A DNA stretch of 49,353 nt from a virus. Lineage: Duplodnaviria > Heunggongvirae > Uroviricota > Caudoviricetes. Positions within the stretch are counted from its first letter, which is position 1. Each line of letters begins with the position of its first letter. Below are positions 18,188-26,083 of the stretch, piece after piece. The position numbers were made by a program, and so were the translations under genes. The notes under the pieces were generated by a model. It saw nothing but the letters and a program-made list of their open reading frames with translations, searched no databases and was not told the DNA's origin. The stretch is taken from positions 1-49,353 of IMG/VR virus record IMGVR_UViG_2627854282_000001. The stretch is one strand, 5' to 3'.

Positions 18188-18685
18188 CTATCGACGGCGC
18201 ACGATGCTGTTGGTCAGTCGCAACCAGGCGCGGCGCCGCAGCGTGGCGATGACCTCGCCATGCTTGGAATCGAAGGCTGGCCGGAAGAATGGATGGGCGC
18301 GAGAGCCCGGATGGAAGAATCCGCCGCGAAAATTCTTCTGAAAGTGCGGTGCGGTCCCGAACTCGAGCAGGTGGACGATGGTTCTGGCGCGCCTCTTGAA
18401 CGACACCCACCAGGTGCGACGTTTCGCTGTGCCCGAGACCTTCACCGACACCACGTTTTCATCGACATGGCCGCCCGGCGGTGAGCCGCTTGGCTGCGGG
18501 AAGAAGTCTGGATATTTGCCAGCGAAGTTGCGCAGTGCGGCCGCATTGCGCTCGGTCTCGCGCCGCATCGGCTCCAACGCGGCTTCCATATCCTCGTCCA
18601 TGGCGCGGCCGTCATAGATGCCGGCGGCACGGCGCATGTTGGCGCGCAGCTGCACGTCGCCGGTCAGCTTAAAGCCCTTAGCCAT
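18188..18685 (-). CDS. HK97 gp10-like tail completion protein
   Basis: Start MAKGF at 18685; HLLEFGT and HPFFRPAFD motifs. Confidence 0.88.
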   Translation of the reverse strand: MAKGFKLTGDVQLRANMRRAAGIYDGRAMDEDMEAALEPMRRETERNAAALRNFAGKYPDFFPQPSGSPPGGHVDENVVSVKVSGTAKRRTWWVSFKRRARTIVHLLEFGTAPHFQKNFRGGFFHPGSRAHPFFRPAFDSKHGEVIATLRRRAWLRLTNSIVRRR

Positions 18686-18686
18686 G

Positions 18687-19091
18687 TCAGGCTGCCTTTT
18701 TCCAGCGGATGAAGAAGTCCACCGTCCAGACATAGACGGAGCGATCGTCCGCCTTTGCGGTCCGCTCGAAATTTGCAAAGGAGGTGGAGATGTCGACGAA
18801 ACCGCCGATCGCGAGGTTCTTGTTGTCCTGGAGCGCACCCATGACGGCGTTGCGAAGCTGTTCGGCACCGAGGGCGGTTTCCGCCAGGCAATTGACGGTC
18901 ACGCGGTTCCGATAATATTGTCCGGCGCCGTCGAGCATTGACTCGTCGAAGCCGCTGACGATGTTCACCTCGACGCAGGGCAACTGCGCGCGTTGCGGAA
19001 GGTCGATTGGATAGATGCCTTCCGAGCTGACGATGTCTGTGACGGCCGCCTCGCTGCCGAGCCGGGCGATCGCAATGGTGAGCGCCGACAT
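18687..19091 (-). CDS. Tail terminator (DUF3168-like)
   Basis: IYPIDLPQ...LPCV, R.TVNCLA, final VDFFIRW pattern. Confidence 0.8.
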   Translation of the reverse strand: MSALTIAIARLGSEAAVTDIVSSEGIYPIDLPQRAQLPCVEVNIVSGFDESMLDGAGQYYRNRVTVNCLAETALGAEQLRNAVMGALQDNKNLAIGGFVDISTSFANFERTAKADDRSVYVWTVDFFIRWKKAA

Positions 19092-19438
19092 CAGGCGTTC
19101 CGGATCAGCGTCGGCTTGATGGTGACGGCACCGGTGACCACAGTAGCGACCGATCCGGCAAAGCTGACGCCTTCGGCTTCGTGGTAGTAGACCCCTCCCT
19201 TGAAGCCGTCAGTGTCGGCAGCGCTAATCGTGACCTCGAACTCACCATTGCTTGGGTCTGTCAGCTGGATGCCCGATCCTGTCGCTTTCGAGACCAGGGG
19301 CGAGCTCTTGACATTCTTCGCGAGCCGCCATCGAAACGTCCAGCCGGTGATGTCGACCAAGGCGTTGTTTTCGTCTCGCACGATGACGAGAACGATCTTT
19401 GTATCGCCGGCATACATCTCGAAATCGGTAACCGCCAT
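19091..19438 (-). CDS. BppU-N-like virion adaptor protein
   Basis: GDT.IV.V..RDEN...VDITG, I..TDPSNGEFEVTISAADT, YYHEAE pattern. Confidence 0.65.
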   Translation of the reverse strand: MAVTDFEMYAGDTKIVLVIVRDENNALVDITGWTFRWRLAKNVKSSPLVSKATGSGIQLTDPSNGEFEVTISAADTDGFKGGVYYHEAEGVSFAGSVATVVTGAVTIKPTLIRNA

Positions 19439-19439
19439 G

Positions 19440-19961
19440 TCATTGGATCCTTCTCACGACGCGCCCGTCGAGATGGATGCGAGAAGTGGCAGACCCGGTC
19501 AGCTCGATCGTGCCGGCGAGCAGACCGTCCAGGACGATCCTGGCCAGCGTCTCGATTTCGATACCTGCAGCTTCATCATCCAGGAGCAGCAGCAAAGCAT
19601 CTGCGACGGCGAACGCTGCCCGGATAGCAGCGGAGCCGGCGATCGCCGGCTCAAGACTGTCGGAGGCACGCACTGTTGCCGCTACAGTGGCGGTCGAATC
19701 TAGACGAAATGGCAATGCGTCCTGGCAGTGCAGCCGCCCCAGCAATTCGTCGATGGCGTCGTCTCCAAGAACAGAAAGGATATCCGCCCGTCCTAGCAGC
19801 GCCGAGACGGCCGACGTCTCCGATAAAAGCGCGTCGACGTCATCCGAAAGAGCAAGTGTTGACCGGGCATCCCTGTTCTCAGCGAACGCCATTTCCAGGC
19901 TGTCTGACGCAGATACGTCGACTTGCGTCGGGCCTCCTGCAAATAGAAGTAGAAGGCTCAT
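19440..19961 (-). CDS. Putative fibre protein with short D/A/L repeats
   Basis: MSLLLLFAGG start, quasi-periodic ASDSL/LSDDV/RADIL/VADAL units; coupled to neighbours. Confidence 0.6.
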   Translation of the reverse strand: MSLLLLFAGGPTQVDVSASDSLEMAFAENRDARSTLALSDDVDALLSETSAVSALLGRADILSVLGDDAIDELLGRLHCQDALPFRLDSTATVAATVRASDSLEPAIAGSAAIRAAFAVADALLLLLDDEAAGIEIETLARIVLDGLLAGTIELTGSATSRIHLDGRVVRRIQ

Positions 19962-20347
19962 TACGAACCGATGTTGACTGTGATGTCGATGGTGATGAGC
20001 CAGCTCTGCGCTGAGGTCTTCGTGCCCAGCGACTCAACCTTGCGGCTCAACATCACTCCAGCCGTCGGGTCGTTGAAGATCCCCCATTCTTCCCAAGCGA
20101 AGTTGCCGTCTGATGTGCCGTAGAGAGATTGGAAGGTCAGAACGTTGTTCGCTCGCTGTGGATAGCCTGACTCCATGCCCATTCGCAGCTTGTTTGATGC
20201 CGCCTGGAGATCGGTTTGACCGACATCAAAGGCGGTGGAGGAGTCCCCTGCGCCAATGAAGGTGCCAGCCTCATCGAAGAAGGCCGGTGGGCCGTCGTTC
20301 ATAATTGCGGCAGCGATGAAGTTGCGGCCTGCATTGGTCATCGGCAT
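19961..20347 (-). CDS. Conserved phage structural protein (fibre/collar-base-like)
   Basis: GDSSTAF...QTDLQ, GNFAWEEWGIFN, MLSRKV motifs. Confidence 0.7.
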   Translation of the reverse strand: MPMTNAGRNFIAAAIMNDGPPAFFDEAGTFIGAGDSSTAFDVGQTDLQAASNKLRMGMESGYPQRANNVLTFQSLYGTSDGNFAWEEWGIFNDPTAGVMLSRKVESLGTKTSAQSWLITIDITVNIGS

Positions 20348-20360
20348 AGCGGTATCCCCT

Positions 20361-20579
20361 TTAAAGCGTATCGACGCCTTCGATCACCTCGACGGGCCGC
20401 TTGTTGGTCGCGAACTCACCATCGAATTTCTGGAGCCGCCAAGCGATACCGACAGAAATATTCAACCCCTCGCGCCGGCCATCATCAGCCTCTGCGAGGC
20501 GGGCCCGTATTTCGGCCGCCTTTTGCGGGTCCGACAATTCGATCAGCGCCGCAATCCGTTCAAGATCAGTGCGGTCCAT
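20361..20579 (-). CDS. Hypothetical protein (72 aa)
   Basis: SD GAGTAGAAG before ATG; co-oriented with the structural operon. Confidence 0.55.
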   Translation of the reverse strand: MDRTDLERIAALIELSDPQKAAEIRARLAEADDGRREGLNISVGIAWRLQKFDGEFATNKRPVEVIEGVDTL

Positions 20580-20750
20580 CTTCTACTCTCGAAAGGATGG
20601 AGTTTATACTCCGATATATTGTGGACGACGGGCGACAGACCCTTTATCCGGTCCAGCCTCAGCCTGTTGGCGATACGGTTAACCGGCCGGATTTCAGCGA
20701 AGATTCAGCAACTTATCGGCGCGCAACTATCGGCTCCGAGTAGATCGCGG

Positions 20751-20802
20751 TTAATGAATTGCTAATTTTCCTTTGACTCCAAGAGCCTGGCAGGAACAGG
20801 AT
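20751..20802 (+). promoter_or_regulatory. CtrA-like box plus -35 element of flp pilin moron
   Basis: TTAA-tgaattg-CTAA (20751-20765), -35 TTGACT (20773-20778), weak -10 CAGGAT (20797-20802); extra TTAACC half-site at 20679. Confidence 0.65.
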
Positions 20803-20871
20803 CGCTTTCGGGACCAGGGGGATGAGCTCGAAAGCACCTCTGTCCGGGTATTGGGTAACAGGGGAATTCAA

Positions 20872-21084
20872 ATGAAGAAGCTTCTCAACATCGCGAAGTC
20901 GTTCCGTGACGAAGAGTCCGGCGCTGCCATGGTCGAATATTCGATCCTCATCGGCATCATCACTGCCGCCGTCATCACCATGATTGTTGCCGTCGGCATT
21001 TACGTTACCGGCGCATGGACCAAGCTCTGCTCAAATCTGCAGGCTCACGAATCGACCGTTGGCGTCACGATGAGCTGCGGCTGA
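20872..21084 (+). CDS. flp: Flp/Fap (type IVc) pilin, 70 aa
   Basis: Start MKKLL at 20872 with SD GGGGA; class III signal RDEESG|AAMVEYSILIGII followed by a hydrophobic helix. Confidence 0.95.
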   Translation: MKKLLNIAKSFRDEESGAAMVEYSILIGIITAAVITMIVAVGIYVTGAWTKLCSNLQAHESTVGVTMSCG

Positions 21085-21172
21085 TGACAGTTCGCGCGCC
21101 CTGAACCAGCGCGCATGCGATAGATGGTTTGGGATGACTTGGAGGTTACCCCTGGCCAGACTATCGGCGGGA

Positions 21173-21206
21173 AAGGGTCGGCGTCCTCGCGCCGGCCCTT
21201 TTTCTT
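21173..21206 (+). terminator. Intrinsic terminator of flp
   Basis: AAGGGTCGGCG-tcctcg-CGCCGGCCCTT then TTTCTT. Confidence 0.8.
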
Positions 21207-21443
21207 GAAAGCGCCATGAAGCGCGTCAAAACCATGGCAATGAAGACGCTCATTGGCTATATTGCCTGCATGGTAGAGACTTTCACATTTTCATCCGTAT
21301 CGTTTGGCTCTTCAGACGACAGAACCATCGTCAGGCACGTCCCGTTCACAGTCGATGGCGTCGCGGCTACCCGGATATCGGAAGGCGAATGGGCCTATCG
21401 GCTGCTCCCTCACCAGTGCCGCGTCACCATCACCGAAATTTCA

Positions 21444-23363
21444 TCAAAGGAATGACGCAGCAGCCACTCGCTTGAGGTTGCTGGTGCCGCTGGAAATGCC
21501 GCCCGTGACGGCCTGGTTGAACTCCGTATTGAGGCATGAGAAGAACGCCACGCTGTCGACGGATTCCGCCGTGACCTGGCTGTCCTTGTTCAATGTGTCG
21601 GCGCCCGAGTAATTGGCGCTGATGGTCTCGACTGCAGCAGCGATATAGCCCGATTGGATGAAGAACCCGCCATCGTTGATTTGCATGGCAGCGGTGGAGA
21701 CGGAAAGCGCCGTCGAGGAAACCGTCTTGCTGTCCATCGGCGTGAACGAGTAGCGGCAGCGGGTATCGTAGACCGCGCCATACATATGCGTGCAGCCGCC
21801 GCTCATCGTTATGACGATGTTGCCCGTCGTGCCGGTCGAAAGCGGGAAGCGGAAGATCGCTGTGCCGCCCGTCGTGCTGCCGACCTGCTGCACCAGGGTC
21901 GCCGCAACGCCACCGACCGTTACGCTTGAGACCGTTCTCGAAACCGTCGATCCCCAGGCGAAGCAGATGACCAGCTGCCGGTTGGCATTCGCGGTGCCGA
22001 TATTCACCGCATTGAAGGTGTAGGTCGTAAGGTTGGTATCGTCGCTGAAACTGCCGGCGAGAACCGGACTGTAAGCGGAGCCGGAGAGCGGCACGAACGA
22101 CCCGGCGTCGGCCGCAATGCCCACGGCGGTCGGTGCCGTGGCGGTGATGGTGATCGTCGAGACGGACGTTGTGAGGATCGATCCCGTGTATAGCCTGTAG
22201 GTCGAGACGGTCCTGAAATCATCCTGGCTGAGCGCGTCCGAGCCCGATGTTGTGACGCCGGAGATATTTCCAGCACGCGCCTGGGTCAGAACAAAACCGC
22301 CGCTGGCTATCTTGAGATTGCTCAGGGTCACCGTGGTGCCGGAGCCGAAGCCGCCAAGCCCATGGATAGGCTTCACGCCAGCCGTTATCGATCGATAGAC
22401 AGCACAGTTGCAGTTGGTGGCACTGCCGGCCGTCGTGACGACAATGGTTGCCGTCGTGCCGGTCGGAACCTCGGCATAATAGATGCCTTGCGGGCCGGCG
22501 CTGGTGACGGTGCCGTTGATGACCCTCTTGGCCGTCACGCCGCCGATCGTGACCGAGGAGATGCTGGTCGATCCCTGGGTGAAGGATATCACCGCATAGA
22601 TCGTTCGATTGGCGTTGGCTGCGCCGATCGGCACCGACGACATGGTGAAGATGGTCGCCGACGCCGAGGTATCCGCCACGACGGTGACTAATTCGATCAG
22701 CGGATCGACTTCCGCGAACTGGTCAATGGTGATCGAAAACGGCCCGGCGTCGGTGTTGTTGAACCAGAGCGCCACGCCGAAGGTGGTGACGCTCGACACG
22801 TCCGAGAACGGCGATAGCGATTGTCCCGAAAATTCTGTGTTCCAGGTCGATCCGTCGGCACTTGATTGCAGCGTATAGGTCGTGCCGTCGACCGAGACCG
22901 TCAGACGGAGATAATTCGGCCCGGCCTGCGTGCCGGATGCCGAAGCGCCGCCGTCATTCGTCGTGTGGCCGGTCTGCGCATTCCAGCCGTTCGGAGGGGT
23001 GCCATAGACCTGGTATTTGTCGAGCCCCGTCGAGCCGTCGCCGCGCAGCCCGACGATGTGGAAATCATTGTTGGTCTTGAATCCGAAGCCGACCATGGCG
23101 AGCTTGCCCTGCTGGGCGAGCTGGGAGAATTGCGGCGTGTAGCGGAAGGTGTATTGCCGGCCGGCCTGCACGGTCGCCAGCGGCACCACGAACTTGCCGA
23201 AGGATCCGGCCTTGACCTTGCCCTTGATGGTGGTGTCGCCACTCGATGTGGTGGTGACGACGGGCTGGTCGACGAAGCCACCGTCGCCATCACCGCTGCC
23301 GCTTCCGGGCGCGATATAGGCGCCGGGACCGCGGCGACCGAGCAGATAGGGAGCGGCGGTCAT
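21444..23363 (-). CDS. Large beta-rich neck/head fibre protein (lectin-like domain plus duplicated C-terminal domains)
   Basis: 639 aa, very Thr/Ser/Gly rich; repeat PIGAANANRTIYAV..SSVTIGGVTA / NIGTANANRQLVIC..SSVTVGGVAA. Confidence 0.7.
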   Translation of the reverse strand: MTAAPYLLGRRGPGAYIAPGSGSGDGDGGFVDQPVVTTTSSGDTTIKGKVKAGSFGKFVVPLATVQAGRQYTFRYTPQFSQLAQQGKLAMVGFGFKTNNDFHIVGLRGDGSTGLDKYQVYGTPPNGWNAQTGHTTNDGGASASGTQAGPNYLRLTVSVDGTTYTLQSSADGSTWNTEFSGQSLSPFSDVSSVTTFGVALWFNNTDAGPFSITIDQFAEVDPLIELVTVVADTSASATIFTMSSVPIGAANANRTIYAVISFTQGSTSISSVTIGGVTAKRVINGTVTSAGPQGIYYAEVPTGTTATIVVTTAGSATNCNCAVYRSITAGVKPIHGLGGFGSGTTVTLSNLKIASGGFVLTQARAGNISGVTTSGSDALSQDDFRTVSTYRLYTGSILTTSVSTITITATAPTAVGIAADAGSFVPLSGSAYSPVLAGSFSDDTNLTTYTFNAVNIGTANANRQLVICFAWGSTVSRTVSSVTVGGVAATLVQQVGSTTGGTAIFRFPLSTGTTGNIVITMSGGCTHMYGAVYDTRCRYSFTPMDSKTVSSTALSVSTAAMQINDGGFFIQSGYIAAAVETISANYSGADTLNKDSQVTAESVDSVAFFSCLNTEFNQAVTGGISSGTSNLKRVAAASFL

Positions 23364-24595
23364 CAGGCGGCGCCCTGGAAGCCTTCCAGCGTGGCAATCC
23401 AGGTGGACTGCGCGACTGGCGTGAAGGCCTCAAGCGTCTGCAGCAGACCGAACACGGTCTTTGCCCCGGAGGTCGGAAGCGTGATGATGCGCGAACCCTC
23501 ATCAGGCACGAAGATGCCTCCGCTGCCGTCGCTGAAGGTGCGCATGGTGCCGGAAAGAGAACCGATGAAGGTAGCGCGCGGATTGGAAAAAGCGGCGTTG
23601 TCGCCGGCACCTACAGTCGGGGATGCCCGGAACAACCACATGCGCAGCGCGTGGCCAGCAACGCCCGTGTCGGACGTAATCAGGCGCAGGCGCTCGATCG
23701 TGACCAAATCGTCGTTAACGTCGGACACGGTGAAGGAGAACGGCGTCACCGAGCCGGCAGTGGTGTTGTTGGCGACCGCATCGTTGGCGGCGTAGGCATT
23801 CGAATCGTTCGGCCGCGTCATCGTCGAGGCCGCCGCCTCGATGAACTTGGTCTTCACCTTGCCGATGAGGTTGGTGCCGGCGGGTGTCGCTGCGACGAGA
23901 TCGGTATGGACCTGGTCGAGCTTGGTGTTGGTGCTGGTCACCAGCCCTTCAAGCCCATCGACATAGCCTTCGAGCTGGTCGGTATAGCCCTTGAGGTCTG
24001 TGAGCAGGCCGGCAAGCGTCGTGGCGAGATCCGTGTGGATGGTGTCCAACTTGCTGTTGGAACTCGTCACGAGAGTTTCTAGGCCATCTACGTAGCCGGC
24101 GATCGTCGAATTCAATGCCGTCAGGATGCTGGACAGGCTCGAATTGCTGGTGCCGATCAGCGCTTCGAGGCCATCGACATAGCCCGCCAGTGTCGTAGCG
24201 AGATCGGTATGCAGCGTGTCCAGCTTGGTATTAGTCGAGCCTATCGCCGTGACCGCTGGATCGTCACTCGCCAGCGTGACGCGCTGCGCCGCCGCAGCTG
24301 TCCCTGCCCCAAAGACGAAAAGCTGGATGGATTTCGAAATCTGCTTGAGGATCGAGACGATGGAAACTGATGTAGCGTCCGTCGCCGTCGCGGCGGCATC
24401 GGTCGGTTCGCCGATCGGGATCAGATTTGTAGCGCTGCGGACTTGGACGGGTAGAGCATCGCCCGATGCGGTATCCGCTTTGTTGACGGTATCGTCAGGG
24501 CCCCACGCCACCTTGACGTATTGGTACTTTTTGCCGCCGACCTCGTCGGCAGCGACGGTATCTCCCGTCCCGGGAAGGACTACGTCGTCAGCCAT
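23363..24595 (-). CDS. Coiled-coil fibre (fibritin/whisker-like) protein
   Basis: Three GYVDGLE and three KLD..HTDL heptad repeats followed by a globular beta domain. Confidence 0.7.
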   Translation of the reverse strand: MADDVVLPGTGDTVAADEVGGKKYQYVKVAWGPDDTVNKADTASGDALPVQVRSATNLIPIGEPTDAAATATDATSVSIVSILKQISKSIQLFVFGAGTAAAAQRVTLASDDPAVTAIGSTNTKLDTLHTDLATTLAGYVDGLEALIGTSNSSLSSILTALNSTIAGYVDGLETLVTSSNSKLDTIHTDLATTLAGLLTDLKGYTDQLEGYVDGLEGLVTSTNTKLDQVHTDLVAATPAGTNLIGKVKTKFIEAAASTMTRPNDSNAYAANDAVANNTTAGSVTPFSFTVSDVNDDLVTIERLRLITSDTGVAGHALRMWLFRASPTVGAGDNAAFSNPRATFIGSLSGTMRTFSDGSGGIFVPDEGSRIITLPTSGAKTVFGLLQTLEAFTPVAQSTWIATLEGFQGAA

Positions 24596-24605
24596 GTCCC
24601 CTCCC

Positions 24606-25229
24606 TTATGCCGTCATCGTTAGATCGATTGACGGCAATGGCGCCACCGCGCCGGCGGAATCCGTCACCTTGAAGACGACCGCTGATGTCTCTGCCGCCG
24701 TCGGCGTGCCGGAAATCGCTCCAGTTGAAGCATTCAGCGCCAATCCAGCGGGCAGCGTCCCCGACGAAATCGCGAAGGTGTATCCCGTTCCGGAGCCGCC
24801 CGCGGCTGTCAGGCTGAAGCCGCCATAGGCGACCCCGACGTTGCCCTGCGGGATCGCTTGCTTGATCGCGATCGACAGCGGCGCCGGACCGAGAACGGCA
24901 TCCTGGACAGTGCATTCGAGGATGCAGTCGATCTGCTTCTGGCCATCGGGCCGGATCGCCTTGATGTCGAACTCCATGCCGTTGTGCAGGACGCGCATCG
25001 TGGCATCGACGCCTTCGACCTCGATGTACCTGACACAGAACTGCCAGACCTCTTCCGAGTAGCGCTGCTTGGTCTGGGGGTCGAAATGCTCGCGGCCGCG
25101 CAGCACGGTGATTTCGGCAAATGGTTCGCGCCACGTCTGCCAAACCATTTTCGGCGCATTCAGGCTGTCGACGCCGACCTGGACCTTTCGCTGAATCTCG
25201 ATCGGGTTGCGTTGCGAACCAGCGCGCAC
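24606..25229 (-). CDS. Head closure protein (SPP1 gp16-like) fused to a putative Ig (He_PIG-like) domain
   Basis: N-terminal MRAG..R..IEIQ, F.VRY.E.VDATMRV..NG..FDI; C-terminal LTAAGG..YTFAISSGTLPAGLALNASTGAISGTPT. Confidence 0.88.
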   Translation of the reverse strand: MRAGSQRNPIEIQRKVQVGVDSLNAPKMVWQTWREPFAEITVLRGREHFDPQTKQRYSEEVWQFCVRYIEVEGVDATMRVLHNGMEFDIKAIRPDGQKQIDCILECTVQDAVLGPAPLSIAIKQAIPQGNVGVAYGGFSLTAAGGSGTGYTFAISSGTLPAGLALNASTGAISGTPTAAETSAVVFKVTDSAGAVAPLPSIDLTMTA

Positions 25230-25865
25230 TTATTCGTTCCAGTCGTCGTAGGACTTCGGCACCGCCAGCGCGGCGCGCAGATCGTCCATGGCGAAGAGCA
25301 CGTTGCGATCGATCAACGTCTTGTTCTGCTCGAGGATCGTCGCTTCCGCGTTCTCGATATAGTGGGCGGCGAGGAACTTGATCATTCTCGCCAGCTTCGG
25401 CGGATATTCCTCATACCCGTTGCGATAGGTGATGGAGATCGCGCGCGGCCCTGGGGTCACCGTCGGCCAGCTGGTGCGCGGATGGATCTCGGGCACGATC
25501 ATGCCGCTCTTCACGACATAGGAATCCTCGTCGACCACGTTCTCCGGGCTGCTGCCGTCCTCGATCGTGATCCCGATGAACTGCAGCAGAGGCGGATATG
25601 GAATAAGGATCGGCAGCGGCTTGCCGTCCTTGTCGTTGCCCGGGAATTTCGAGAGATAGCGCTTGAAGGTCGTCGGAAATAGCGTGCGGTTGAGCTCGCC
25701 CGTGACACCATGAAGCTTGTCCGCAGCGTCCGTCACCGCCTGATCGATGACGTCATCGAGTTTCGTCACCGTCGCCGAGATGCGCAGATGCTTCTTCATG
25801 TCGGCACGGCTGACGATATCCAGGCCGGTGTCATCCGGCGGAACGATGACCTCGATGTCGAGCAT
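25230..25865 (-). CDS. Head-tail connector (gp6/gp15-like)
   Basis: VS.ADMKKHLRI, YRNGYEE.P, IKFLAAHYIENAE motifs. Confidence 0.88.
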   Translation of the reverse strand: MLDIEVIVPPDDTGLDIVSRADMKKHLRISATVTKLDDVIDQAVTDAADKLHGVTGELNRTLFPTTFKRYLSKFPGNDKDGKPLPILIPYPPLLQFIGITIEDGSSPENVVDEDSYVVKSGMIVPEIHPRTSWPTVTPGPRAISITYRNGYEEYPPKLARMIKFLAAHYIENAEATILEQNKTLIDRNVLFAMDDLRAALAVPKSYDDWNE

Positions 25866-25868
25866 GGC

Positions 25869-26021
25869 TCAGCGCGTCTGATATCCGCGGCCACCGCCCT
25901 TGCGGGCCGGCTGCATGTCACGAGGCGTGATCGGAACTTCCTTGCCCTGCGGCCGCGTCACCGGCTTGGGCTTCTGGCCCTTCACCGACTTCGATCCCGG
26001 GATTTTTTCGTATCGGATCAT
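25869..26021 (-). CDS. Small basic protein (50 aa, MIRYEK...GYQTR)
   Basis: SD GAGGA; the longer upstream in-frame extension overlaps the decoration gene and was discarded. Confidence 0.6.
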   Translation of the reverse strand: MIRYEKIPGSKSVKGQKPKPVTRPQGKEVPITPRDMQPARKGGGRGYQTR

Positions 26022-26041
26022 GCTTGTCCTCGCCGGGTGAA

Positions 26042-26065
26042 ATGGCGGGCCCGAAAGCCCGCCAT
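26042..26065 (-). terminator. Hairpin after capsid-decoration gene (weak terminator)
   Basis: ATGGCGGGC-N6-GCCCGCCAT, short TTTC tail on minus strand. Confidence 0.55.
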
Positions 26066-26083
26066 CACTCAATCGTTCACCGA

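Noticed and set aside
21216-21455. 79-aa plus-strand ORF after the flp terminator
   Set aside because: Starts just past a terminator, no clear SD or motif, and overlaps the end of the fibre gene; cannot support or exclude it
23880-24240. DNA repeats that might be a CRISPR array or DGR template/variable pair
   Set aside because: They are in-frame coiled-coil repeats (GYVDGLE); no spacers, cas genes or reverse transcriptase anywhere in the window
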